Below, one piece after another: positions 45,448 to 54,862 of a stretch of 64,000 nucleotides of DNA; within the stretch, counting starts at the first letter, position 1, and every line of letters begins with the position of its first letter. The stretch spans positions 89,930 through 153,929 of the forward strand of contig CP066222.1 of the NCBI GenBank assembly GCA_022558485.1, in the 5' to 3' direction. Below the pieces are notes generated by a model, which ran no database searches, was not told the origin of the DNA, and saw nothing but the letters and a program-made list of their open reading frames with translations. A program made the translations under genes and the position numbers. Source of the DNA: a gamma proteobacterium endosymbiont of Trioza apicalis. Lineage in GTDB: Bacteria; Pseudomonadota; Gammaproteobacteria; Enterobacterales; G022558485.

Positions 45448-45556
45448 ATTTACCCTTAAATAATATAATTAATATTAATTTATTTTTTATATTTTAAATT
45501 AATAAAATATTATTCATTAAAATAATAATTAGTTAGTAATATATAAATTATTTATA

Positions 45557-46294
45557 TTAAATATTATCAAATGATTTCCATATACATATACCATTTTTTT
45601 TTTTTATTAAATTTAATTGTTTTTTATGAGAAATAATTTCTTTTTTATTAGCATAAATAATTTTATGACATAAATTTAAATTTTTTTTAATATTTTTTTT
45701 TTTTATTTTATTTTTTTGTGGAATTTCCTTTATTTGATTTATTAAAGGTAAGGAAATTTGACCCCCAGTCATAAGTAAAAAAATTTTTGCAAGAATTTCA
45801 GCATCTAATAAAGCTCCATGTAAGGTACGTTTAGTATTCTTAATAAAATAACGATTACATAAAGCATCTAAAGTATTACGTTTACCTGGAAACATTTTAC
45901 GTGCTAATTTTAAAGTATCTATTATATTACATAAATCTTCAATTTTATTAATATTAATATTAATCATACTTAATTCATAATTAATAAATTCAATATCAAA
46001 GCGAGCATTATGTATTATTAATTCAGAACCATTAATAAAATTAATAAATTTATCAGCAATATCAGCAAAAATAGGTTTATTAAATAAAAATTTATTACTA
46101 ATACCGTGAATATGAAACGCTCCAGGATCTATATTTCTATTTGGTTTTAAATATACATGAAAACGTTTTCCTGTTATGCGTCTATTAATTATTTCCACAG
46201 CTCCTATTTCAATAATTTTATGCCCCTTATAATATGGAATAAATTTATTCATTCCAGTTGTTTCAGTATCTAATACAATTTGTCTATTATACAA
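45557..46294 (-). CDS. dnaQ: DNA polymerase III epsilon subunit (3'-5' proofreading exonuclease)
   Basis: 245-aa ORF with Exo motifs (RQIVLDTETTGM, IHNA.FD..F, HGALLDA.ILA..FL.MTGGQ). It has a TTG start at 46294 and there is no upstream ATG. Confidence 0.93.
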   Translation of the reverse strand: MYNRQIVLDTETTGMNKFIPYYKGHKIIEIGAVEIINRRITGKRFHVYLKPNRNIDPGAFHIHGISNKFLFNKPIFADIADKFINFINGSELIIHNARFDIEFINYELSMINININKIEDLCNIIDTLKLARKMFPGKRNTLDALCNRYFIKNTKRTLHGALLDAEILAKIFLLMTGGQISLPLINQIKEIPQKNKIKKKNIKKNLNLCHKIIYANKKEIISHKKQLNLIKKKNGICIWKSFDNI

Positions 46295-46385
46295 TAGATA
46301 CCTCTTAATTATATTAATATAATAGATTATTTAAGTATTTATAATAGTTTGTATATTTTATTAAATAATTTAAATTTTAATTATA

Positions 46386-46458
46386 TAGGTGATGATGGTA
46401 TCGAACCATCGACCCTCTCCTTGTAAAGGAGATGCTCTACCATCTGAGCTAATCACCT
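46386..46458 (-). tRNA. valU: tRNA-Val (anticodon UAC)
   Basis: 73 nt, colinear with E. coli tRNA-Val(UAC): AGGTGAT-TA-GCTC..GAGC, anticodon arm TCTCC-TTTACAA-GGAGA, T-arm GATGG-TTCGATA-CCATC, acceptor 3' strand ATCACCT plus A73. It has an A1-U72 pair and no encoded CCA. It is divergent from gltX, as valU is in E. coli. Confidence 0.9.
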
Positions 46459-46474
46459 ATTATATATAAATTAT

Positions 46475-46504
46475 ATTATACAAAAATTTATTACATTTAG
46501 TCAA
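46475..46504 (-). promoter_or_regulatory. Putative sigma-70 promoter for tRNA-Val
   Basis: The minus strand reads TTGACT (46504-46499), an 18-nt spacer, then TATAAT (46480-46475). The -10 element ends 16 nt before the mature tRNA 5' end. TATAAT-like strings are common in this composition, so the -35 element carries most of the weight. Confidence 0.4.
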
Positions 46505-46586
46505 CTATTTTTTTTAAATAAAATAAAAAAACAAAAAAAAAAAAAAAAATAATAAATTTAAATAATTATAAAAGGTATTAATAATA

Positions 46587-47993
46587 ATGAAAATTAAAAC
46601 TAGATTTGCACCAAGTCCTACTGGTTATTTACATATCGGTGGCATACGTACAGCTCTTTACTCTTGGTTATTTGCTAATCAAAACAACGGTAAATTTGTG
46701 TTACGTATAGAAGACAGTGATGTAAAAAGGTTATATAAACCAGCTATTAAATCTATTATAGATAGTTTAAAATGGTTAGGATTAAATTGGAACGAAGGAC
46801 CTTATTTTCAAACAAATCGTTTTAATTATTATAACAAGATTATAAATAAAATGTTATCAAAAAAATTAGCTTACAAATGTTTTTGTACAAAAAAAAGATT
46901 ATCTATAATACGCGAAAAACAGATCAAAAAAGGTTACAAACCATGTTATGATGGCAAATGTTTTAATATTGTTAATGATAATAAAAATATAAATAAAAAA
47001 TATGTAATACGTTTTCGTAATCCAAAATTAGGTCAAATAATTTTTAATGATATCATTCGTGGAACAATAAAATTTAATAATAATGAGTTAGATGATTTAA
47101 TAATAAAAAGATCTGATGGCTCACCTACTTATAATTTTTGTTCAGTAATTGATGATTATTATATGTCTATTACACATGTAATAAGAGGAGAAGAACATAT
47201 AAATAATACACCACGTCAAATAAATATTTTAAAAGCATTAGGCGCTCCAATACCTAAATATGCTCATGTCTCTATGATTTTAGGAAATAATAGAAAAAAA
47301 ATGTCTAAGAGACATGATGCAGTAAATATAATGAAATATCGTGATGATGGTTTTATTCCAGAAACTATACTTAATTATGTTGTTAAATTAGGTTGGTCTT
47401 ATAAAAATAAAGAACTATTTAATATTAATGAAATGAAAAAATTTTTTAATCTTAGTTCTATTAATAATTCACCTAGTATATTTGATAAAAAAAAACTTTT
47501 ATGGCTAAATCATTATTATATAAATAATTTACCAGTAGAATATATAGCTAAACATTTAAATTGGCATATAAAAAAAAAAGGAATAAATATTAAAAATGGA
47601 CCTAAATTAGAAATATTAATTAAAATTTTAGGTAAAAAATATAAAACTTTAAAAGAAATAGTTGATAACTGTCACTATTTTTATTATAATTTTGAAAAAT
47701 TAAATGAAAAATTAGCTAAAAAATATTTAAAATCATATATATACCAACCTATTAAATTAATATATTTAAAATTAAAAGAACTTAAATTATGGACATATAC
47801 TTTAATAAATAAAATTATAAAAAAAATAACAAAAATTTTTAAATTAAAAATAAATCAAATATGCATGCCTTTACGTGTAGCAATAACTAATTCTAATGAG
47901 TCACCATCTATTAATCATATAATTTACGCAATAGGAAAAAAAACCTGTTTATATCGTATAAATATAGCATTAAAATTTATTAATCTAAACTAA
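46587..47993 (+). CDS. gltX: Glutamate--tRNA ligase
   Basis: 468-aa ORF (TRFAPSPTGYLHIGG.RTALY.WLFA, the HIGH-type motif, KMSKR, and Zn-site-like C.C...C..C). Confidence 0.96.
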   Translation: MKIKTRFAPSPTGYLHIGGIRTALYSWLFANQNNGKFVLRIEDSDVKRLYKPAIKSIIDSLKWLGLNWNEGPYFQTNRFNYYNKIINKMLSKKLAYKCFCTKKRLSIIREKQIKKGYKPCYDGKCFNIVNDNKNINKKYVIRFRNPKLGQIIFNDIIRGTIKFNNNELDDLIIKRSDGSPTYNFCSVIDDYYMSITHVIRGEEHINNTPRQINILKALGAPIPKYAHVSMILGNNRKKMSKRHDAVNIMKYRDDGFIPETILNYVVKLGWSYKNKELFNINEMKKFFNLSSINNSPSIFDKKKLLWLNHYYINNLPVEYIAKHLNWHIKKKGINIKNGPKLEILIKILGKKYKTLKEIVDNCHYFYYNFEKLNEKLAKKYLKSYIYQPIKLIYLKLKELKLWTYTLINKIIKKITKIFKLKINQICMPLRVAITNSNESPSINHIIYAIGKKTCLYRINIALKFINLN

Positions 47994-48013
47994 TAAAAAT
48001 ATTAATTTAAAAT

Positions 48014-48589
48014 TTAATAATAAGAATATTTATTATGTTTGTGTTTAGTTATATCACATATTTCTTTTATTTCTGGAAAACTTTTTAATAATTTTTTTTC
48101 AATATGTTCCTTAAAAGTTGATTTAATCATAAAACAACCATTACATCTACCAACAAATTTAATAATAACTTGCATACATTTAGTTATTTTTACAAAAATT
48201 ATTTTACCACCATGAATTAATAAAACTGGATTAATGTTATTTTTAATAAAATTTTTAATATTTTTAACAAGTAAATTACTTTTAATATTTTTATTTAAAA
48301 TAATATTAGGTATTTTGATTATTATTTTAGAATTTAATTCATTATCAATAAAATCTATTTTTGCTCCTTGTAAATAAGAAATGCTTGCATTATCAATATA
48401 TATTAAAATTTTTCCAAATTTTAATTCAATATCTGTTAATTTAATTTTATTAATGTGGCAATAAGAAATACTACATTTTTTATTAAAAGATCTAGAATTT
48501 GTAATAAATAAACGAATTTGAGTACCTGGTTTTTGTTTAGATAATAATCTAAAAAAATATTCTTGAGCAGCATTAGTAATAGTTATCAT
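48014..48589 (-). CDS. nfuA: Fe/S biogenesis protein NfuA
   Basis: 191-aa ORF colinear with E. coli NfuA (I.I...AQ..F..LL..Q..GTQIR.F, HGG, the CxxC motif GRCNGCFM against GGCNGCSM, final EHSYY-like KYSYY). Confidence 0.9.
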   Translation of the reverse strand: MITITNAAQEYFFRLLSKQKPGTQIRLFITNSRSFNKKCSISYCHINKIKLTDIELKFGKILIYIDNASISYLQGAKIDFIDNELNSKIIIKIPNIILNKNIKSNLLVKNIKNFIKNNINPVLLIHGGKIIFVKITKCMQVIIKFVGRCNGCFMIKSTFKEHIEKKLLKSFPEIKEICDITKHKHNKYSYY

Positions 48590-48747
48590 AATTTTATTTT
48601 TTAAATTTATTAAAATTAAATTATTAAAATAACAACAAATTTAAATATTTTTAAAAACTTTATTAAAAATATAAAAATTATCAACAATATAATTTATTTT
48701 TGTAAAATTTTTAATAAAAATAAATTTAATTAATAACAATTAAATAT

Positions 48748-49179
48748 ATGATTACTAATCACAACATAATAGCTTTTGATTATGGAATTAAGTATATTGG
48801 CGTGGCTATAAGTCAATGGGTTACATGCATACCAAAACCATTAACAATATTTGTTAATTACAATTACAATACCAATTGGAGAATAATTAAATATTTATTA
48901 AATAAATGGAGACCAAAAATAGTAATTATAGGATTACCTTTAAATATAAAAGGTAAAAATCAAAAAATAACAAATAAAACTAAACAATTTGCAAATCAAA
49001 TTAAAAATAATTATAATATATGTGTAATATTACATGATGAAAGGTTTAGCACAAAAGAAGCAAGATGTCGTTTATTTAAAATAAAAGGTTATAAATTTTT
49101 AAAAAAAAAATATATTGATAAAGAATCTGCAACAATTATTTTAGAAAATTGGTTTAATATTTTTTTTAAAAATAAATAA
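48748..49179 (+). CDS. ruvX: Putative pre-16S rRNA nuclease / Holliday-junction resolvase-like YqgF
   Basis: 143-aa ORF with the YqgF/RuvX pattern (I.AFDYG.K.IGVA.S, IGLPLN..G, DER.ST.EA). Confidence 0.85.
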   Translation: MITNHNIIAFDYGIKYIGVAISQWVTCIPKPLTIFVNYNYNTNWRIIKYLLNKWRPKIVIIGLPLNIKGKNQKITNKTKQFANQIKNNYNICVILHDERFSTKEARCRLFKIKGYKFLKKKYIDKESATIILENWFNIFFKNK

Positions 49180-49309
49180 AAAAAACTATTCAATAATTAA
49201 CTAAAATTAAAATATTTACTTAATTTAAATATAAAATAAAATTTATACATTTTTATAAATTTTTTTTTATTAAAAAAATTAAATTTTAATAAATAAATAA
49301 TAATAACTA

Positions 49310-49337
49310 TTGACTTTTAAAAATTCAAATGTATAAT
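49310..49337 (+). promoter_or_regulatory. Putative near-consensus sigma-70 promoter for the tRNA Glu-Asp-Trp cluster
   Basis: TTGACT (49310-49315), a 16-nt spacer, then TATAAT (49332-49337). The -10 element ends 22 nt upstream of the tRNA-Glu 5' end, and the flank upstream is A/T-rich. Confidence 0.5.
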
Positions 49338-49359
49338 TTAAAATTAATAAATTTAAAAT

Positions 49360-49431
49360 GTCCTCTTCGTCTAAAGGTTAGGACACTGCCCTTTCAAGGC
49401 AGCAACAGGGGTTCAAGTCCCCTAGAGGACA
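49360..49431 (+). tRNA. gltU: tRNA-Glu (anticodon UUC)
   Basis: 72 nt: GTCCTCT-TC-GTCT..GGAC, anticodon arm CTGCC-CTTTCAA-GGCAG, T-arm AGGGG-TTCAAGT-CCCCT, AGAGGAC plus A. It is colinear with E. coli tRNA-Glu. No CCA is encoded. Confidence 0.92.
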
Positions 49432-49470
49432 TTTAAAAATAAAAAATAAAATTATTTAATATTTTATAAT

Positions 49471-49543
49471 GGTGCGGTAGTTTAGTGGTTAAAATACCGG
49501 CCTGTCACGCCGGGTGACACGGGTTCAAATCCCGTCCGCACCG
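49471..49543 (+). tRNA. aspT: tRNA-Asp (anticodon GUC)
   Basis: 73 nt: GGTGCGG.., anticodon arm CCGGC-CTGTCAC-GCCGG, T-arm ACGGG-TTCAAAT-CCCGT, CCGCACC plus G73. It is colinear with E. coli tRNA-Asp. No CCA is encoded. Confidence 0.92.
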
Positions 49544-49552
49544 TACCTTTAT

Positions 49553-49625
49553 AGGGGTGTAGTTCAATTGGTAGATCATCGGTCTCCAAAACCGAATGTT
49601 GAGAGTTCAAATCTTTCCACCCCTG
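49553..49625 (+). tRNA. trpT: tRNA-Trp (anticodon CCA)
   Basis: 73 nt: AGGGGTG-TA-GTTC AATTGGTA GA.C, anticodon arm TCGGT-CTCCAAA-ACCGA, CACCCCT plus G73. It is colinear with E. coli trpT. No CCA is encoded. Confidence 0.92.
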
Positions 49626-49666
49626 AATTTTATTTTTTTAATAAAATATAAAATATAAAATTATAT

Positions 49667-51067
49667 TTACCATTTTGTATGAAATATACCTTTTTTATCA
49701 ATTCGTTTATAAAAATGAGAACCAAAATAATCACGTTGAGCTTGAATTAAATTAGCTGGTAATACAGCAGAACGATAACTATCATAATAAGAAATTGCAG
49801 ATGAAAAAACTGGCATTGGTATTCCATTTTTTATACCATAAGAAATAATATAACGTAAATATTTTTGATAACAATTTATTTTTTTTTTAAAAAAGGGTGA
49901 TAACAAAATATTATCAATTAATGGATAATCATAAAAAGTATTAATTATATTTTTTAAAAATTTAGTTCTTATAATACAACCTGCTCTAAAAATTTTAGCA
50001 ATATTACAATAATTTATATTCCAATTATATTTTTCTGATGCTATTTTTAATTGTGAAAAACCTTGAGCATATGATATAATTTTACTTAAATATAATGCAC
50101 ATCTAACTTTTTCAATAAAAAATAATTTATTTTTAGTAAATATTTTTAACTTAGGACCTATTAAAATTTTAGAAGCTAATATACGTTGATTTTTTAATAA
50201 AGATATATAACGAGCAAAAACTGATTCAGTAATAAGAGTTAATGGCTCACCTAAATCTAATGAACTTTTACTAATCCATTTACCTGTACCTTTATTATCA
50301 GCTTCATCTAAAATAAAATCTATTAAAAATTTACCATAATTATCCTTTTTAATTAAAATATTTTTAGTAATTTCTATTAAATAACTATTTAATTCACCTT
50401 TATTCCAATCATTAAATATTTCTGATAACTCATTATTATTTATATCTAATACAATTTTTAATAATGAATAAACTTCTGCTATTAATTGCATATCACTATA
50501 TTCTATACCATTATGTATCATTTTCACATAATGCCCGGATCCATTAGAACCAACATATGTTACACATGGCTCACTATTAATAAATGCAGAAATATTTTTT
50601 AAAATTGGTAATATAAAATTATATATATTTTTATCACCACCGACCATAATAGAAAGACCATTCAAAGCTCCTTTTTCACCACCAGATAAACCAGCACCAA
50701 TAAAATTATAACCTTCTTTTTTTAATTCATTATAACGACGAATAGTATCCTTATAAAATGAGTTACCTCCATCAATAATTATATCTCCTTTATTTAAAAA
50801 AAATTTAATAGAATTAATAACTAAATCAATACTTTTACCTGATTTTACCATTAAAAAAATACAACGAGGTTTTTTTAAAGAATATACAAATTCTTTTATA
50901 GAATAAAAAGGAAAAATATTTTTTTTAGGATATTTAAGAATTAATTTATCAGTTTTATTATGTGATCTGTTAAAAACAGATACATAATAACCATGATTCG
51001 AAATATTAAGTGCTAAATTACTTCCCATGATTGACATACCTATAATACCTATATGATTTATAGACAC
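49667..51067 (-). CDS. gnd: 6-phosphogluconate dehydrogenase, decarboxylating
   Basis: 466-aa ORF colinear with E. coli Gnd ([68 protein letters not shown]). It has a GTG start. Confidence 0.96.
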   Translation of the reverse strand: MSINHIGIIGMSIMGSNLALNISNHGYYVSVFNRSHNKTDKLILKYPKKNIFPFYSIKEFVYSLKKPRCIFLMVKSGKSIDLVINSIKFFLNKGDIIIDGGNSFYKDTIRRYNELKKEGYNFIGAGLSGGEKGALNGLSIMVGGDKNIYNFILPILKNISAFINSEPCVTYVGSNGSGHYVKMIHNGIEYSDMQLIAEVYSLLKIVLDINNNELSEIFNDWNKGELNSYLIEITKNILIKKDNYGKFLIDFILDEADNKGTGKWISKSSLDLGEPLTLITESVFARYISLLKNQRILASKILIGPKLKIFTKNKLFFIEKVRCALYLSKIISYAQGFSQLKIASEKYNWNINYCNIAKIFRAGCIIRTKFLKNIINTFYDYPLIDNILLSPFFKKKINCYQKYLRYIISYGIKNGIPMPVFSSAISYYDSYRSAVLPANLIQAQRDYFGSHFYKRIDKKGIFHTKW

Positions 51068-51159
51068 TAACTATCTCCTGTATAATATATATTTCTTAAT
51101 AAGAAATATTAATTTAATTAATATCAAAATATATTTTAAAATTATAAAAATTTTATTAA

Positions 51160-51612
51160 ATGAATAATTTATATTTAAATGATGAATATTGGATGAAATA
51201 TGCTATATTTTTAGCTAAATATAGTGAATATAAAGGTGAGATACCAGTAGGCGCTATATTAGTATTAAATAATAATATAATTGGAAAAGGTTATAATTGT
51301 TCTATAAATAACAATGATCCAACTGCTCATGCTGAAATTATTGCCTTACGTCAAGGTGCTAAAAAAATATGTAATTATCGTTTATTAAATACAATAATGT
51401 ATGTTACATTAGAACCCTGTATTATGTGTATTGGAGCCATAATGATAGCTCGTATTAAACGTTTAGTTTTTGGAACAGAATATAATAAAAAAAATATAAA
51501 TAATAAAATTATTATTAATAAAAATATTTTAAAAAAAAATTGTTCAAGTCAATTAAGCAAATTTTTTTATAAAAAACGTAAAAAAAAAAAAATTAATTTA
51601 TTAAAATTATAA
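51160..51612 (+). CDS. tadA: tRNA-specific adenosine-34 deaminase
   Basis: 150-aa ORF with the deaminase Zn motifs HAEI.ALR and TLEPC.MC. This is consistent with the tRNA-Arg(ACG) substrate encoded in the same window. Confidence 0.9.
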   Translation: MNNLYLNDEYWMKYAIFLAKYSEYKGEIPVGAILVLNNNIIGKGYNCSINNNDPTAHAEIIALRQGAKKICNYRLLNTIMYVTLEPCIMCIGAIMIARIKRLVFGTEYNKKNINNKIIINKNILKKNCSSQLSKFFYKKRKKKKINLLKL

Positions 51613-51653
51613 ATAAAGATTTAAATATTGTAATTACAGATTAAAATAATATA

Positions 51654-52352
51654 ATGAATAATTTAAAATTAATATATAAAAAATTACATATTCGTAGTTT
51701 TGTAAAAAGAAGAAGATGTTTAACTATAAAACAAAAACAAATATTAAAAAAATTATGGATTAAAATAGGTATTAATTATAAAAATCACTATATTAATTTA
51801 AATAAATTTTTTATAAAAACAACATCAATAATATTAGAAATTGGTTTTGGTATAGGCAAAACATTAATAAATACAGCATTAAAATATCCAAAAAAAAATT
51901 TTTTAGGTATTGAAACATATTTACCTGGTATAAGTTCATGTTTAAATAATATTTATAAATTAAATATTAAGAATATTAGAATAATATATTATGATGCATT
52001 AGAAGTAATAAAATATATGATAAAAGATAATTCTATAAAATTAATACAAATATTTTTTCCTGATCCATGGTATAAAAAATGTCATAATAAAAGACGTATT
52101 ATTAAACAAAATTTTATAATATTAATTACAAAAAAACTTATTAAAAATGGAATTTTACATATTTCAACAGATTGTAAATTATATGCTATACATATATTAA
52201 AAGTTATGTCTTTAAATAAAAATTTTTATAATATTTCAATAAAAAAAAAATATATAAATTTTATTAAAAATAGGCCGGTAACTAAATTTGAAAAAAAGGG
52301 TATAAAATTAAAAAATAAAATAATAGACTTAGTTTTTAAAAAAATATTTTAA
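51654..52352 (+). CDS. trmB: tRNA (guanine46-N7)-methyltransferase
   Basis: 232-aa ORF (LEIGFG.G, GIE, FFPDPW.KK.H.KRR, HI.TD). Confidence 0.88.
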   Translation: MNNLKLIYKKLHIRSFVKRRRCLTIKQKQILKKLWIKIGINYKNHYINLNKFFIKTTSIILEIGFGIGKTLINTALKYPKKNFLGIETYLPGISSCLNNIYKLNIKNIRIIYYDALEVIKYMIKDNSIKLIQIFFPDPWYKKCHNKRRIIKQNFIILITKKLIKNGILHISTDCKLYAIHILKVMSLNKNFYNISIKKKYINFIKNRPVTKFEKKGIKLKNKIIDLVFKKIF

Positions 52353-52423
52353 ATTATAAATAAAAAATTATTATTTATATATATATTTAAATCAATTAAT
52401 TTAAATATTTTAAAATAATTAAT

Positions 52424-52984
52424 TTATATTAAATACCAAATACCAGGAAAAAATAATAAACAAATAAAATTAAAAAAATAAATTATTAACATTGTTATAA
52501 TAATAGAAAAATCAAAATTAATTAAAGTAAATGAAATATATTTGATAAAATTTAATAATTTATCACTCAATGTATAAATTAATATACCAATATTATTATA
52601 AGTATAGTTACTCCAACTAAACCATGATCTTATAATTAAAATTAAGAAAAGTAATTTGCCATAATTTTTTAAAAATATAAATAAAGCTATTATTAAATAA
52701 ATTGGTTTAAAAATAACAAATTTAATTTCAATGTGCATTATTAATATTAATTTAATTAATGATAATATATATATTAATATAATAGGACCAATATAAATAT
52801 TATTTAACATAAAAATAGATGTAATATATCTTGATAATTTAATAAAAGGTTGTGTGATTTTATAAACTACTTTAGACAATGGATGATAAAAATCACAATA
52901 TAAATATTCCATCCAAATACGTAATAATAATTGTATTATATAAAAATCAATAATTATTTTAAATAAAAATATAAATATAAACAC
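52424..52984 (-). CDS. yggT: YggT-family integral membrane protein
   Basis: 186-aa multi-pass ORF. Its N-terminal region (..IIQLLLRIWMEYLYCDFYHPLSKVVYKITQP) matches E. coli YggT (MVLLLRIWMQWAHCDFYNPFSQFVVKVTQP). It has a GTG start. Confidence 0.8.
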   Translation of the reverse strand: MFIFIFLFKIIIDFYIIQLLLRIWMEYLYCDFYHPLSKVVYKITQPFIKLSRYITSIFMLNNIYIGPIILIYILSLIKLILIMHIEIKFVIFKPIYLIIALFIFLKNYGKLLFLILIIRSWFSWSNYTYNNIGILIYTLSDKLLNFIKYISFTLINFDFSIIITMLIIYFFNFICLLFFPGIWYLI

Positions 52985-53089
52985 AATAATAAATCTTCTT
53001 GATATATTTTATAATTAATTATAGTAATTTACTTCTTTAAAATTCAAATTATTATTTAATTAAACAATTTTTAAAAAAAGGATATATTC

Positions 53090-54805
53090 ATGCGTAATGA
53101 ATATTGTGGTAAGATAAATAAATTACATATTGGTAAAGAAATAAAATTATGTGGTTGGGTTGATTGTTTTAGAAATTTAGGTAAATTAATTTTTATTAAT
53201 ATTCGTGATAGGGAAGGTATAATACAAGTATTTTTTAAATCTAATAATATTAAAATTTTTAAAATTGCAAGTAAATTACGTAATGAATTTTGTGTACAAA
53301 TAAAAGGAATAGTATATTCAAGGCCTAGTAAACAAATAAATAAAAATATAATTACTGGAGAAATTGAAGTATTAGCAACATCATTAAATATTATTAATAA
53401 ATCAAATATTTTACCTATAGATATAAATATTAAAAATAAAGAGGAACAAAGTCTTAAATTTAGATATTTAAATTTAAGAAAAGATATAATGATTAAAAGA
53501 TTTAAAATTCGTAATAAAATTTTAAATTTTGTAAATTATTTTATGAAAAAAGAAAATTTCATAAATATAGAAACACCAATATTAAGTAAATTAACTTCAG
53601 AGGGCGCTAGAAGTTATTTAATACCAAGTAGATTATATAAAAATAAATTTTATGCATTACCTCAATCACCTCAATTATTTAAACAATTATTAATGATATC
53701 AGGTTTTGATCGTTATTATCAAATTGTTAAATGTTTTAGAGATGAGGATTTGCGATCTGATAGACAGCCAGAATTTACACAAATTGATAGTGAAATATCT
53801 TTTGCGGATGAAAAAAAAGTAAAAAATATCATAGAAAGATTAATAAGATCTTTGTGGTATGAAATTAAAAATATTAACTTAGGACATTTTAAACAAATAA
53901 CTTATAAAGAGGCTATACGTAGGTTTGGATCTGATAAGCCAGATTTACGTAATAAATTGGAATTAATAGACATAGATAATTTAATTAAAAAAACAAAATT
54001 TAGAGTATTTAATAATATAAATAATTATAAAGACTATCGTATTATAGTTTTACATGTACCAGGAGGGATTAAAATTAAGAAAAAACAAATTAATAAATAT
54101 CTTGAATATATTAAAACTTATGGCATTAAAATACTACCATGGATAAAAATAAATAAATGTTCTTTAAAAAATATAAATATAGAAAGATCAACTCCAAAAT
54201 TTTTGGAAAAAAAAATAATAAAAAAAATAATATTAAAAATTGGAGCATTAAACAAAGATATATTATTTTTTGGGGCTGATAAAAATGAGATAATATCAAA
54301 TGCATTTGGAGCATTACGTATTAAAATAGGTTTAGATCTTAAAATTACAAATACAAAAATATATATTCCTATTTGGATTAATGATTTTCCGATGTTTAAA
54401 AAAAACAAAAATGGAAAACTAATATCAATGCATCATCCTTTTACAGCTCCTAAAAATATCAATATTAAGATTTTAAAAAATAAGCCTAAATCAGTTATGG
54501 CTAATTCTTATGATATGGTAATTAATGGATATGAAATAGGTAGTGGATCTGTTCGAATTAATAATAGTAAAATACAAAAATTAATTCTAGATATTTTAAA
54601 AATAGATAAAAATAAAAAAAATAATAAATTTAAATTTTTCTTAAATGCATTAAAATATGGAACCCCACCTCATGCTGGTATGGCACTAGGATTAGATAGA
54701 ATAGTAATGCTTTTAACTAATACAAAAAATATAAAAAATGTTATTGCATTTCCTAAAAATAGCACAGCAATAGATTTAATGACTAATTCACCTGATAAAA
54801 TATAA
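53090..54805 (+). CDS. aspS: Aspartate--tRNA ligase
   Basis: 571-aa ORF (CGWV...R..G.L.F...RD..G..Q, QSPQ.FKQLLM..GFDRYYQI.KCFRDEDLR.DRQPEFTQID, GSGS.R, GTPPH.G.ALGLDR..MLL). Confidence 0.96.
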   Translation: MRNEYCGKINKLHIGKEIKLCGWVDCFRNLGKLIFINIRDREGIIQVFFKSNNIKIFKIASKLRNEFCVQIKGIVYSRPSKQINKNIITGEIEVLATSLNIINKSNILPIDINIKNKEEQSLKFRYLNLRKDIMIKRFKIRNKILNFVNYFMKKENFINIETPILSKLTSEGARSYLIPSRLYKNKFYALPQSPQLFKQLLMISGFDRYYQIVKCFRDEDLRSDRQPEFTQIDSEISFADEKKVKNIIERLIRSLWYEIKNINLGHFKQITYKEAIRRFGSDKPDLRNKLELIDIDNLIKKTKFRVFNNINNYKDYRIIVLHVPGGIKIKKKQINKYLEYIKTYGIKILPWIKINKCSLKNINIERSTPKFLEKKIIKKIILKIGALNKDILFFGADKNEIISNAFGALRIKIGLDLKITNTKIYIPIWINDFPMFKKNKNGKLISMHHPFTAPKNINIKILKNKPKSVMANSYDMVINGYEIGSGSVRINNSKIQKLILDILKIDKNKKNNKFKFFLNALKYGTPPHAGMALGLDRIVMLLTNTKNIKNVIAFPKNSTAIDLMTNSPDKI

Positions 54806-54862
54806 CTAATAAAATATTTTTTATATAAAGAATAAATTATATATAATATATAATATATAAAA

